Source: Carcharhinus amblyrhynchos (taxonomy: Eukaryota). From it: DNA of 64,000 nt. Of the stretch, positions 12,486 through 24,610 are shown piece by piece. The stretch spans positions 21,638,001-21,702,000 of the forward strand of contig OZ336884.1 of assembly GCA_965287045.1 (NCBI GenBank), written 5' to 3'. Numbering within the stretch: the first letter of the stretch is position 1; every line of letters begins with the position of its first letter. Below the pieces are notes generated by a model. The model had not been told where the DNA came from. It was given only the letters and a program-made list of their open reading frames with translations, and ran no database searches. The translations under genes were made by a program, and so were the position numbers.

Positions 12486-14499
12486 CAGCCTTCCAGCGCC
12501 TGGGTATTGTTCCTCGATGTACTCTTCCTCTTCTTCCTCCACCTCGTGCTGGGCAGTCTCCTTCCCAACGATGCCCAGCTGGCCAGCTTCCACAACCCCC
12601 TCCTCCTCCTCCTCCAATAGGTCACCTCTCTGCTGTGCCAGGTTGTGCAAGGCACCGCACACACCACTATGCAGTAAGAGATCATTGGTCTGTATTGGAA
12701 GGCCCCACCAGAGTGGTCCAGGCACTGGAATCGCATTGTGAGAAGCCTAATGCACCTCTCCACTATCGCACGGGTGGCTATATGAGCCTCATTATAGAGG
12801 GTCTCTGCCTCAGGCACAGGCCTCTGCACAGACATCATTAGTCATGTCTGAAGCATATTCTCCACGAACCACCTCTGCAACCTGGGCTCCTCCTCAAATG
12901 CCTCTGGGATGTCAGAACTCGTGACTATGAAGCTGTCATGCAACTGCCAGGGTATCTTGTGCAGAGATGCATAATGTTCATATTGTGGTCACACACCAGT
13001 TGGACATTCAGGGAGTGAAACCTCTTTTTGATGATGAATCTTCGTGGATTTTGCAGCAGGGCCTTGAGAGTGACATGGAGTCGATGGACCCCTGACCATT
13101 AGGCATCCCCGCAATGACCGCAGCCAGGGCTTCCTGATGGGTGCGCTCCAGGTTAAATTTGATGTACTGCCCAGCCCGGGCACACAGGGCTTCTGTGACC
13201 TGCTTGACACAGGTGTGCACAGCTGACTGGAAGATGCCATATACATCTCCGCGAGGCATCTGGAAGGAGCCAGTTGCATAAAAGTTAAAAGCGGCCGTCA
13301 ATTTGACAACCACTGTGAGTGGGTACCGCCTCCCCTCCGAAGGTGCCAGGTCCTACAACAGGTGGCACAGGTGTTGCACTGTTTCCTTTCATAGGTAGAG
13401 GCGTCGGCGGTACACAGTGTCTGAAATCTGTTCAGATGACACTTGTGCACAGAACTGCCGGGGTGTCTGCTCCCTCCATCTCCTCAACCACAGCTTCTGG
13501 GTGAATGGCGGCCGCCTCTTGCCTCTGGTCGTCGTCTCTCTCTATCCCTGCAAGTAGTAAGGCCTTGGCCTCCTGCTCTTCCTCCTCAGCTCCAGCAGCA
13601 ACCAAAAGAACAGCAAGATCAATCAGTTGCATCACAAAAGCCATCTTGTCATTCTGAAGGTGGGGGGAGGGGGGTGGGGGAGGACATTGGAGATGGAGAG
13701 GAGCACACGTAGAGGTTCAGGAACTGCTTGCCCTTAGCCCAGCAACAGTCACTCTACATACTGCCCATTCCCCTAGCCACATGCTCCCCAGAATCACAGA
13801 CTCCCATTACCCCACCCACGTGCTCCTTAGAATCATAGATGCCCCCATTACCCCACCCACGTGCTTTCCAGAATCACAGAGCACCCCCATTACTCCACTC
13901 ATATGTCCTCCAGAATCACAGCTCCTTGAAAAGCTGAGATGCTGCAGAAATGCAATTTGCAAAGGCTTTATGCACATCCTTCAGCTGGCAGAGTGCTGAG
14001 TGCACTAGGACCCAGCAGCATCCACAAGACCTGCGGTCAGTGCTGAGACCTGGGTCCGTGCTGCAAATTGGACATCAGACACCCTGTTGAGCAACAGCCT
14101 TCCCTTCCGCATACTCGCAGAGCCCCCACCGACCCGAGAAAGAAAGTGGTCACAATGAAAGTGAGCATCAGGGAGCGGTCGGACGCTACACACTTACCTC
14201 CTCACTGGCCCTCACTGATGAAGTGCCTGAATCAGACTTTTATGGAGCATGTCTGTTTCGTGCTGATTCCGAATGCTGTGGTAAAGGGGGAAGTGTCAGT
14301 AAAGTTGGGTGTGCAACCCATTAAGTCAATTTAAATACATGCAAATGGCCATCGCACCCATTTTGAGTGCGATGCGGTCGTTTTCGGGCCTTGGTAAAGG
14401 GGGAACCAGCGTGGATCGCGCTACTCACCTCACACCCGACTTTACCAAGTTTTCGCGCCCAAGAACGGGTGGGCGCAACTTGATGGTAAAATCAGGCCC
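12486..14499 (-). mobile_element. PIF/Harbinger DNA transposon with frameshifted HARBI1-like DDE transposase
   Basis: Motifs KLTAAFNFYATGSFQ, GSID, RGFHSLNVQLVCD, YPGS, YNEAHIATRAIVERCIRLLTMRFQCLD, ALHNL. TIR-like GGGCCTGATTTTACCA at 14499-14484. Confidence 0.85.
13778..13925. repeat. Minisatellite, ~40-bp unit x ~3.5, inside the Harbinger element
   Basis: CACRTGCTYYCCAGAATCACAGA..CCCATTACCCCACC repeated. Confidence 0.8.
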
Positions 14500-14699
14500 A
14501 TTGCTCCTGTTGGCTGATGAATCAGTATTAAATGATCATGGCCTTAGAATTATAATTAGAAATTCAGAAAAAAATTATTTCACACAGGAGATATTTGGAA
14601 CATGGAATGCTTTCACCGCTGTGTAGCAGTAGGTATAGAAACAGAATTTGTATAATATAAAATTGGAGAAGCATTTGATCGCTGCTATTCCCAAAATCC

Positions 14700-15330
14700 A
14701 GAAGATGGCGCAACTGAGCCACTGTCTGGTTGATGAACCCGAATCCCAACTGGGATTTTGTGATTCCTGCTGACCAGCTAGTGGCCTTTGTTAACAGGAA
14801 AGGATTCAGTTCCATCATGGTGCAGCTGGAATATGACAACCACCAGTGAATGCTGCAGTGTATTCATACGTTCTAAAGATGAGATTCCGGCCCTGGAATA
14901 ACTCTGCTGGGCATTTTAACATGCCCCAATGAAGATTGTGATTTGACTTGATTTAGTATTGACATATGTATTCATATAGAGTGAAAAGTATTGTTTCTTG
15001 CGCATAATACAGTCAAAGCATACCATACATAGAGAAGGAAAGGAAAGGATGCAGAATGCAGTGTTACAGTCATGGCTCTGGAGAATAGAGTTTTAGAACA
15101 TGAGCAAAAGATAGCATTAGAGGGTACGCTGGGCATAGCTCGCAAGAAGTCGCCTTGCTCCAGTGCCATCGAGTATGGACAGTGCCAGTCTCCTGCGCAT
15201 TGCACAACTTGGTGCCAATGGGGGAGACCCGAGTCACTGAGGATTTAGTGAAGAGTGAGGCATGCTCAGGTGTGGAGGGTGATGAGAAATCTGGCGACCA
15301 GCTACACGCATCATAAGGAAATACATGGAA
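14700..15330 (+). mobile_element. Second, older Harbinger transposase remnant interrupted by a Rex1-type 3' end (14937-15075, minus)
   Basis: AFVNRKGFSSIMVQLEYD (about 14780-14840) and SCALHNL (about 15190-15210). Confidence 0.6.
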
Positions 15331-15814
15331 AACTGTACAGAAAGTGCAGCAAGATACGTGCAAGGCAGTCACGGAAAGTGCTTATCATCACTCAATTCAA
15401 ATGAACCTCCCACTGTGGTCATCAATAAAATAAAGGGTCACATTCACCCTCCATGTTTACCATTCTTCTCAATTCCAACCTCAGTCTTTGCTGTGGCCGC
15501 TTGTACCCTCAATAGTCCAAAAACTGATTGCACCCAACATTGTCCCTCCTAAATATCCCCCCAACTACCCTTCTGACCCCCAAAATACTCCCCACCCACC
15601 TGACTGCCCCGCACTGGCCTAACTACCCTCCCAACCTCAGTATCCATCCCCACCCCTACCTTCCTAACTCACCCCAAATACCCTCCCACCCCCTGGACTA
15701 CCTCCCACTGCCTCAGCTTCCCATCTTCACCCCAACTGTTTCCCAACCGTGTCTAACCCTCCCCTCTCCTAACCCACCACTGACCAGCGGAGCCAGCCGT
15801 CCCCAGATAAAGTT

Positions 15815-16030
15815 GCCATAGTCCCAGGTGACCACAGGCTGCTTTCTCCATTGACGGGGAGAGCTGGCTGATGGTGATTTAATCTGAAGATCACCACACC
15901 TCAGGCGAGGACAAGGTTGAGGAGGCAGGACCTTCGTGAATAACCTCAGCCGGTACGGAAAATGAACCTGCTCTGCTGGTGTTGCTCTGCATCACAAACT
16001 AGCCATCCAGTCAACCGACCAAACTGACCC
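15815..16030 (-). mobile_element. tRNA-headed SINE (second family)
   Basis: Reverse complement has a head with A/B-box-like motifs (GGTCAGTTTGGTCGG...GCAGGTTCATTTTCC); related pieces at 3890-4030 and 43620-43745. Confidence 0.55.
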
Positions 16031-16224
16031 CATCCCCAACTGATGCCTCAGCTGACTACCCGCCTCACCCTAACTAGCCAGCTAAACACAGCCATCCTCT
16101 TACACATTACTTTCTACCTGGCTTCTCAAAATGACTGGGATCTTTAAAATTGCCTGATTAATGGCAAATAATGCCATGTGCCTTAAAAGAAAGCCTGGTT
16201 TCCTCTCCCCGATGCTTTTTAAAT

Positions 16225-16545
16225 TCAATCGTGAGATGTGGTGTCGTTGGCTGGGGCAATATTTGTTGCCTATCCCTGAGGGCAGTTAAGAGTCAGCCAC
16301 ATTGCTGTGGGTTTGGAGTCACATGTAGGCCAGAGAAGATAAGGATACCAGATTTCTTTCCCTAAGAACCAGGTGGGTTTTTACGACAATGGTTTTGTGG
16401 TCATTGTCAGACTTTTAATTCCAGATTTTTATTGAATTCAAATATCATCATATGCTGTGGTGAGATTCGAACTCAGGTCCCTAGAGCAATACTCTGGGTC
16501 TCTGGATTACGAGTTCAGTGACAATACCACCACACCACTGCCTTC
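16225..16545 (-). mobile_element. SINE/L2-related repeat
   Basis: Shares AAGAGTCA.CCACATTGCTGTGGGT and CTGGATTAC blocks with 35850-36185; tRNA-like end. Confidence 0.55.
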
Positions 16546-16879
16546 CCCTCGCCTGCACCTTGACAGAGGGCCTCGAAAGCCACGACATTGCACTTTTCTC
16601 ACCCAATTAGGGTGTATGAGAAAGGTGCGGATGCAATTCAGTGAAAGTAAATAGGGGTGGAGTGGCAATCTAACTCTGACTGCCATAACACAGAGGCTCA
16701 GGCCCATAAGTGGCTTCTATTTGGTCTTCACACAAGTTGTGCATAAAATGTGGAAGCATGTGATGCTGGAATAAATGGCAAATGATACTAATAGTTTATC
16801 CTGAAATAACCCTCATTGCCATCATTACATTTTCCCAACGCACTCCATCCATTTGAATCACTGATGAGCTAAGGACCTG

Positions 16880-17245
16880 CAGTTTCTTTCATGGCCTAAG
16901 GATGTTCCACAGCAACATTCAGCCAACTTTTTAAAATGCAGTCTCCACTGTAATGAAGGAAACACAAGCAGCCAGTTTGCAAAGTTCCCATTGTGATAAT
17001 GTTCAGCTAGTTTCTTTTCAGTGCTGTCTGAGGGATAGCTATTTGTCAGGATACTGGGAAGCACTCCCATGCTCTTCTTCAAAATACTGCCATGAGATCT
17101 TTTACCCAAGAGGAAAGATGGGACGTTAGCATCCCAGGTCTCATCCAAAAGTAGCATCTCTGGTAAGTGCAGCACTACCTCAGTACAAGACTGGAGTGTC
17201 AAGTCTCTGATCTCTCAGCCTTCTAATACAGACACTCACCCAACC
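16880..17245 (-). mobile_element. Deu-domain SINE (SacSINE1/AmnSINE-like)
   Basis: Reverse complement contains TAAAAGATCTCATGGCAGTATTTTGAAGAAGAGCATGGGAGT, a Deu-domain signature; related decayed copy at 54135-54340. Confidence 0.6.
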
Positions 17246-17329
17246 ACAGCTGACAATGCCCTCTGTTAATCTCTCTCTCTCCTCTCTAAGGTCCCTGAAT
17301 GTGTTATTGCTGAACAGAATAGAAATCTT

Positions 17330-17636
17330 GGGGGTGATTTTGCACCCATATTTGCTATGAGTGCAAATGGTGACTTGGGCATGAAATCGCACGGGATTCA
17401 GAAAATAGAAATCTAAATCTCTGGCGAGATCTTGTTTTCTGATTTACCCCACTCCTTCGCCGGGGTTCTATCAGGCCCCGTCCTACCACTGCGATGGCGT
17501 GGGCCACACCACCAGAATATTTGTGCACAGAATGGCAGAATATCTGGAGGGAAAGCCCGGCTGTGTAACTGATGACCTGCATGCCAGTTTTCGCGTCTCC
17601 ACCAGCACTGCTTGCGTAGAGTGGAAAATTACACCC
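17330..17636. mobile_element. PIF/Harbinger-type MITE
   Basis: TIRs GGGGGTGATTTTGCAC ... GTGGAAAATTACACCC. Confidence 0.55.
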
Positions 17637-17897
17637 ACCTGGTTTGTTTGCGGATCCCCTTATTGCTACCTATTCTATCTGATTTGGTTTTAATGAGTTT
17701 CAGCAGTCCACAACTTTTTGTGGGCAAAGAGATTATGTTGGCAGTGACAAAGATTGTTTTCTATATCCATGTCCTACGATAAAGAAATACACATCCGATT
17801 TATGGACAAGGATCATTCTCTTTATTTAATTGTGGAAGGAACTGAGTGAAGGTCAGCAAAAGTCCCATTGGGTGACAGAGGTGAGGCAACATGTAAT

Positions 17898-18110
17898 GCG
17901 GTCTTTTGGTTAAGATCAAACATAGGATCGAATGCAAGATCAGGGACATTGCCTGTTCTTATTGGTTTGGATCTTCTATGCCTCTTTTTTAGGGACAATG
18001 AAGTGGACTGAATTTGAATTGATATTTTTTGGAGCAAGCAAGAAGATGGATTAAACGCTTGCCCTGTCAACTCTACAGGTTGGCTTTGTAACTCTGAGAA
18101 AGGAATAACA
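17898..18110 (+). pseudogene. U2 snRNA-derived element, copy 1
   Basis: Collinear with U2: GGTCTTTTGGTTAAGATCAA, CTGTTCTTAT, CCTCT...GGACAAT, Sm-like ATTTTTTGGAGCA, GATGGA..A.GCTTGC, GTCAACTCTAC. About 24 nt extra over the branch-point recognition region. Confidence 0.75.
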
Positions 18111-19639
18111 TTTTTTAAAAATCTAGTGCATGCATTTGCGAGGAGACTTGTCTATCAAATTCTGTTTCAGTAGCAGAGGGTGGCACATGAATAAAAGTGG
18201 AGGGAAGCTAATAGATGCCTGACAACCTTAGAAGGTGGAGAAAGGCACATTATGAAGCCAATAATGTGAATGGCAATGTTTACCTTAAGTAAAGTCATCC
18301 CTTCATTTACTTGGCACACTGATCAGTGAGCATGAATGCTTCTTTCCAGTTTTTGACAGGACAGAAACCCCAGCACACCCTGGGTAACTCCCCCAGAGAG
18401 AGTCTATCAAATATTATGATCACCCAAAAAGTTCTGCCTATATTTCCCTATTGGAATGTTTGGATTTGCACATTTAACAGGTCAATTCAGGGACAGGTGG
18501 CAACTGTGCTTCTGTCCTTCATTATCCAAACACTTTGAAATGGAATTAAAACAATGCTGCTCATTCAAAAATGAACCAATCGGAAATTCCTTTTTAAGAG
18601 GTCTGGCAATCTTTCAACCGAGTAAAGTTCAAAGGTGAAATATTTGGAAAGCTGCAATTTATCAATTAAATATTTCTCAAGATACCTGTAAACAACAGTG
18701 GAATTTAAAAAAAAATCCGAATTCAACTGTATAAAAATGCATTTGGTATTAGTAACCTTTGTCCTTGAAGAAACTTTTGAAAATTCCTCAAGGGTCTTTG
18801 CTGGAGCGCGGTTGAATTGACATGTGACGCCAACATTACATGTTGAAGTACAGAACTGCATCCAATTCTATCAATGATCTCCTTTTGTATTTAAAAACTG
18901 AGCAAACTCATATGTACATTTATAAATATATATATTTCTGTCTGCGGCCAGATTGGGCTAGGATTTTGTCTGGAAACGTTTGAATGGAAATTTGTTTGCC
19001 AGGGCTGCTTTGTTGTATACAGACTGGTATCAATTCTCCAGGGGTCGACAATGCCGCGGGCCACTACCTGCTCAGTGTCATATGAATATATATTCCTTTC
19101 TTGATACTTTACAATGCTTGCACCATTCAATGCTGATGAACAGTGTAATGGATAGGTCGTTTCCAACATAAGAATTGCTGAGTCGTCAAGAGGATTTTGG
19201 ATCTCATTCTTTCAACATCCATTCTTCTATTCTCTTATTATTTGTACGAGGTTTTTAAAGACAAGATGTCCAGTTTTGTAAAACGCAAGAAAAGGCCTAA
19301 GAGAAGCCACAGTGACAATCTGGTAAAAACCCCCCCAGCAGCATAAATAAAAACTTATATTCTGTCAAACTGAGAGGGTTAAAGGGGGGTGACCTGATCA
19401 AAGATGAAGGGGGATGGATGGAGTTGCTATTTCTGTGCTGTCCAGGAGGGGGCAGAATCAAACATTCAGAGATGAAGCTTCCAGGAGTTAAATTGGGAAT
19501 CATTTCTCCAGAGGTTTGGAATTCTCTTCCACAAGGAGCAGATAATCCTGGCTTCATTATTCATTAAAATCTGAGATTGAGAGACTTTTGTTTCCCAAAA
19601 GGTATTCAGGGAAACGGGGAAAAGCTGGGAAATCGTTAG

Positions 19640-20053
19640 TTTAGAAGAATGAGGGGAGATCTCATTGAGACGTATAAGATGATGAATGGGATGGATAGGA
19701 TAGAGGTGGAGAGACTCTTCCCGCTCAGAAAGGACAGTAGGATTAGGGGGCACAGCCTCAAGATAAAGGGGGGGCGGTTTAGAACGGAGTTGAGAAGGAA
19801 CTTCTTCACTCAAAGGGTGGTGAATCTCTGGAATTCTCTGCCCGTTGAAGTGGTGGAGGCTGCCTTGCTAAATATTTTTAAGTCGCGGGTTGATGGGTTT
19901 TTGATAAGAGAGGGGATTAAGGGTTATGGGGAGAGGGCGGGAATGTGGAACTGAGCCACGACAGATCAGCCATGATCTTATTGAATGGTGGGGCAGGCTC
20001 GAAGGGCTAGATGACCTACTCCTGCTCCTATTTCTTATGTTCTTATGTTCTTA
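19640..20053 (+). mobile_element. Young CR1 LINE 3' end
   Basis: MRGDLIETYKMM...RGHSLKI..RRNFFTQRVVNLWNSLP ORF end; (TTCTTATG)n tail. Confidence 0.9.
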
Positions 20054-20274
20054 CAGTTTGACTGTACAGTAGTTGCATTTACTCCCTTTTTGAACAGTTT
20101 TTTTTGAGGAAAGCTTAATTGAAAATGACAAATTGGTTGAGGCTGAAAGAAATTGTTTTACTTGAAATATTAATGGTTGGGTTTGATTGCATTCATGAGT
20201 ATAAGGGCAAAAGGATAATATTATGTACAATTTACTGCAGTGATTTTTTGCATGTTGCTCTCACCTCCTGACTT

Positions 20275-20925
20275 AAAAGTTTGTTTATAAGTCACAAGTA
20301 AAGCTTACAGTAACACTGCAATGAAGTTAAATTCCCCTGGTCGCCACAATCTGGAACTTGCTCAGGGTAATGCACCTAATCAGCATGTCTTTCAGAATGT
20401 GGGAAGAAACCAGGACACTCAAAGGAAACCCACGCAGACATGGGGAGAATGTGCAAACTCCACACACAGTGACCCAAGCTGGGAATCAAACCTAGGTCCC
20501 TGGCACGGTGAGGCAGCAGTGGTAACCACTATGCCTGCGTGCCACTTGTATTCCAGACTATAAGATTCCATCCAGAGAGTCTGGATAAATCGAACATTCT
20601 CAGTTAGGCAGACTGGAAGAGTGTTACAGGGATCAGTGTTTAAAGTTTATTTATTAGTCACAAGTAGGCTTACATTAACACCTCAATGAAATTACACTCT
20701 GGCACCTGTTCGGGTACACTGACGGAGAATCTAGCATGGCCAATGCACCTAACCAGCATGTCTTTTAGACTATAGGAGGAAACTGGCGCACTCGGAGAAA
20801 ACCCACACAAACACAGGGAGAACGTATAGATTCTGCACAGTCACCCAAGTCTGGAATTGAACCCAGGTCCCTGGCACTGTGAGGCAGCACTGCTGACGTG
20901 CTGCCCTAGGTACCACTGTGCTGCC
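20275..20925 (-). mobile_element. Two V-SINE copies (20275-20545; 20641-20925)
   Basis: Family head, V-domain and tail on the minus strand. Confidence 0.85.
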
Positions 20926-21001
20926 TTATGTCTGGGGCCTCAACTATTCATGACCCTTATTTGGATGAAGCGATGGACTGCGTTGTAGCCTAATTTGATG
21001 A

Positions 21002-21210
21002 CTGCATCTTGGCCTTTTGGCTAAGATCGAGCATTGTCAGGTCAAGCCCAAGATGGGCTGCAACGCCTTATTTTGACAACTTGGATCTTGCTTATCTCCC
21101 ATGTTAGGATCATGAATTAGATTCAATTAGAATTTGAATTTGGTTTTTTGAGTGAGCAAGGAATGGATTTGGGTTTGTTCAGTCTATTCTGAGCATTGGC
21201 TTTGTAACAA
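21002..21210 (+). pseudogene. U2 snRNA-derived element, copy 2
   Basis: CTGCATCTTGGCCTTTTGGCTAAGATCGAG vs U2 ATCGCTTCTCGGCCTTTTGGCTAAGATCAAG. Shares GAATTTGAATT and TTGGCTTTGTAAC with copy 1. Confidence 0.75.
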
Positions 21211-23208
21211 TCTGAACCGGCACCCACCTCCACCCCCACAATGGCCACCATCAGCACCCCCAGCTCCTCTGTTGACCTGTGGCCATGAAATGCATGCCCC
21301 CATCCTCCATGAGGACCCCATGAGGGTTCCACTGGGGTCTGCCCCTTGGCATAAATTGCCAACTTGTGCTTGGGGGCAGTGCCATGGGGTATTGTCTGGC
21401 CACTGTCTGCCCATGTCCCTGTCTCACAGGGGCCATACCTACCTTTGTGCCCACAACAGATTCACATCTCTGTGAATCTTTTGTAAACTGCGACGAGTAT
21501 TATGTACGGTATGAGGGTTAATATCTGGCAAGGCACAGATGAATTATTTTTAAATCTATTCAAACGCATATAAAGCCGACTCATGCCTACTATGAACCTG
21601 ATGACATTGCTGACGGGGAGCAGGGAGGATCCATTTTATGAACTCGCTGGCAAGAACTGCGACTTCCAGATCTTGAGCTCCAGCAACATTTGCACAGATG
21701 GCTCGAGCTCACGCTCACCCTCATTGGCTCTATAATGTCACACTTTTAATTCAGTACCTAGAATTTCACTGAGCTGCTGAGGAAAAAAATATAAGTGCGC
21801 GAATATACAAAGAGGGAATACATAGATCAAAAAAACGGACTGAGTTTAATGGCCATGAGTGTGGGGAATTGGGCCAAGCCCACCACAGCCATTTCCAGTA
21901 GCACCAAAACAATTGCATGGCCATTAGTTAGCTAACCACCTGGCATCCATCCCTTTAAGGGCTGAGGGCCCAGCTCCAAGGCCTGTCAGAAAATCAGAAG
22001 GCCAGCTAGTGTTTCAGTCCCAACAGGAGTGGTGACCACTGCTGGATCTACAGCTAGCCTGAAGCAGCAACATGGAGGATGTACCAGCCAGGTCAGTGGG
22101 TCGGGCTCCTCAGGGCCAATCAGGCCGACACCAGTAAAATGAAGGGCCATTGTTAAAGGAGGTGGGGCTTTCCACGCAGGTGATAGATGTCTGTGGACCA
22201 CAAGGTGCCTAATCAGAGATCTCTCCCCCTCTCCTTCCTCGATCCCACAAGGTGGCCACCAGTTTTCACTGAGAGGCCTCACAATGTGGTGAATGGACTC
22301 ATCACTGTAGATGGTAGGCTAGCAGTGGCAGCAAGATGAGGTCCTTAACTGGCCATTAATTGGCTACTTAAAGGTCTCAATTGCCCTTTTTGACCTCTGC
22401 ATTGGAAGGCCATCTATTACATTCCCAGTCCCTGTATGAATCGGAGGGAGTTTGGAAGCTGTATCCTGATTCTATGGTCCCCTGCTCCCCAAGGCAAAAT
22501 TATATTCCATTCACAGATGCATTGTTGAAGGCGGGGAGAGGCACAGAGTGGAAGTCCCCTTCCAGAAAACTTTGTTTTTTAATGTTAAAACGCTGAGACA
22601 AATGATTGGGAGAGATTTTCGAAGGCTATTAAGGCAGGGAGGGATGGTAAGCCCTGGACAGGAGGGATCTAAGTTATTTTTGGGGCCCTGAGGTGCAGTT
22701 CTACTCAGTTATTTGATGGGGAAGCCACGATAACTTCCCTGCGTATGTCACTGTTTGGAACGAAGGCCCAATAGAGTTATCAAAGTCCAATCTGCATATT
22801 TGAAACAACAATGCAGCGCACTTCCAACAGACGTCTCTCTCAGTTGTTCAGGAAAGCAGGTCCCATGGGAACACATTGGAATTGGTATAAATAAATCCAA
22901 CTAACCGCTTGGCTTTCTACATGTCCAGTTTCTGCCAGGAATGCAGGATCAAAATCAGCACTCAAACATTTGTTTTGCTTTTCTTATGACTGCATTACCA
23001 CTGCCACTTTTAATGACTTGCGTACCTGCACACGAAGGTCCTTTTTTTAATCTCCTCCTCAAACTAAAGGCTTCCCATTTTAAGTGAATATCCTGTTTTC
23101 ATCCCTCCAATTTGTGTGGTTTTCTATGTTGAAACATAGCTGTCCTATTTACGTTCTCCTGCATTCTTTTACTCTCTTATCATCATTTGATGTAATGATT
23201 TTGAAATT

Positions 23209-23954
23209 CAGGGTCTGACTTTTTCTGATGGCAGGAAGCTCGACACTTCCTCCATCCAGAGAGTCAGTGGGAAATTTATCCCCGCTGTTCCAACAGGCCT
23301 GCTGCTACTTTATGCCCAATTGGGTATTCATTGGCAGGAGGCAGGACTTCCGCCTGTACTTGGACGCAGGTCCCGCCTTGGCTGACAGCTCTCCAGCTCC
23401 TCCAAGCACAGTGCTGGAAGAGGCACTGTCGTGATTTGCCTGGGACTAAGTATCAGGAACCAGTGTGAAGCTAAGTGGCAGTGGCCTTAAGGAGAAGAGG
23501 GTAGTGGATTGGGGTTAGGGTTAGGGTTAGGGCTGTGGGAATTGGGAGAAGGGGAGGGGGTGAAAAGGGTATAGAAAAGGTAGGGGGTAGCAGAAGGGGC
23601 TATCAGGGTATAGGCTGGGGGGGGGGCGCTGGCAGGAGGGATTATCAGGGAGGGGGGGGAGGGAGGTGCAGATGTGTCCTGTCTCTGAATGGAGGGCCTC
23701 TGATGGAGATGCCTCCTCCCCCCACCTCCTGACCCAATATCAAAGTCCTTACCCTTTTCTGTTTCCCATCCTGGGCTACCTGGCACTCACTAGGCTGAAA
23801 TTTGAGAGCAAGGAATGGCTTGCCATCCGAGATTCTGACCACCCCAATGTAAAATCGCATCCGAGTTAGGGAGGGAATTTGGTCCATGTGATTTCATGCT
23901 CCCCTAGCCTCAAAACCTGCCGGGGGTGGTGGAGGGTGAGTGAAAAATTCAGGG
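23209..23954. mobile_element. Non-autonomous Harbinger-like element with G-rich interior
   Basis: TIR-like ends GGGTCTGACTTTTT / GAAAAATTCAGGG. Confidence 0.4.
23509..23532 (+). repeat. Telomere-type repeat TTGGGG(TTAGGG)3
   Basis: Direct reading. Confidence 0.85.
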
Positions 23955-24556
23955 TTAGATTATGTGTGTATATAGGAAACAAGTGCAGCATCAATACCAA
24001 TCCCAGTGGAGCATTATCACATTGACTAAACTAAGAAATTGTCCTTTATTCCTTCATTGTTTTTTGTTTTCCAACCAATTCTCTACCCATGCTTCTGCTG
24101 CCCTTATTCCTCATGCTAATAGCTTTGACAGAAAACTCTTACCCAATTGTAGCCATATGCCTTTTTAAAATTTAACGCAAGCTGCACCCAAATCATTTTT
24201 CTCATCTACCTTCTCATGTGTTTCTTCAAGGAGTACAGAATGGCTCCTCAAAGAACTGCCTTTGATCAATGGGGCTGCCTCATCCTGATTAGCTCATGTT
24301 TTTCCAAATCCTTCATAATTTTATCCTATTCTACTGACTGCAGAGAGTAGCTGAGGCATTCTTTTACTCCAGTAATGTTGCAGCACCAGAGAGGATGCCT
24401 GTTGGTTTGTCTGGTGCAGAATCCTGAGACCTGCTGTGTTCCTGTTGCATCCACACATCTACACAAGGTAATTTGGAAACACTTATGATTTTGAAGGCTT
24501 TTGCACAAGCCATAAGGCTTCAGATTTCAGGCGAAAGATTTGTTTTAAATGAATAT

Positions 24557-24610
24557 CACTAACATTATTGGATAGCACTAACATTAGTGGATAGCACTAA
24601 CATTGTTGAT
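24557..24610. repeat. 19-bp tandem repeat x ~2.7
   Basis: CACTAACATTA(T/G)TGGATAG repeated. Confidence 0.8.

Noticed and set aside
12486-13650. Domesticated HARBI1 gene
   Set aside because: Multiple frameshifts and a TIR indicate a dead transposon.
13778-13925. CRISPR-like array
   Set aside because: Eukaryotic minisatellite with no unique spacers.
17822-18070. 82-aa minus-strand ORF
   Set aside because: Antisense of the U2-derived element; no coding evidence.
18565-18686. Possible minus-strand terminal exon (TTTACAG|G YLEKYLIDKLQLSK...)
   Set aside because: No recognisable protein family, and the candidate upstream exon near 19067-19297 has stops in all frames.
17898-21210. Functional U2 snRNA genes
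   Set aside because: The branch-point recognition sequence is missing and the stems are heavily mutated.
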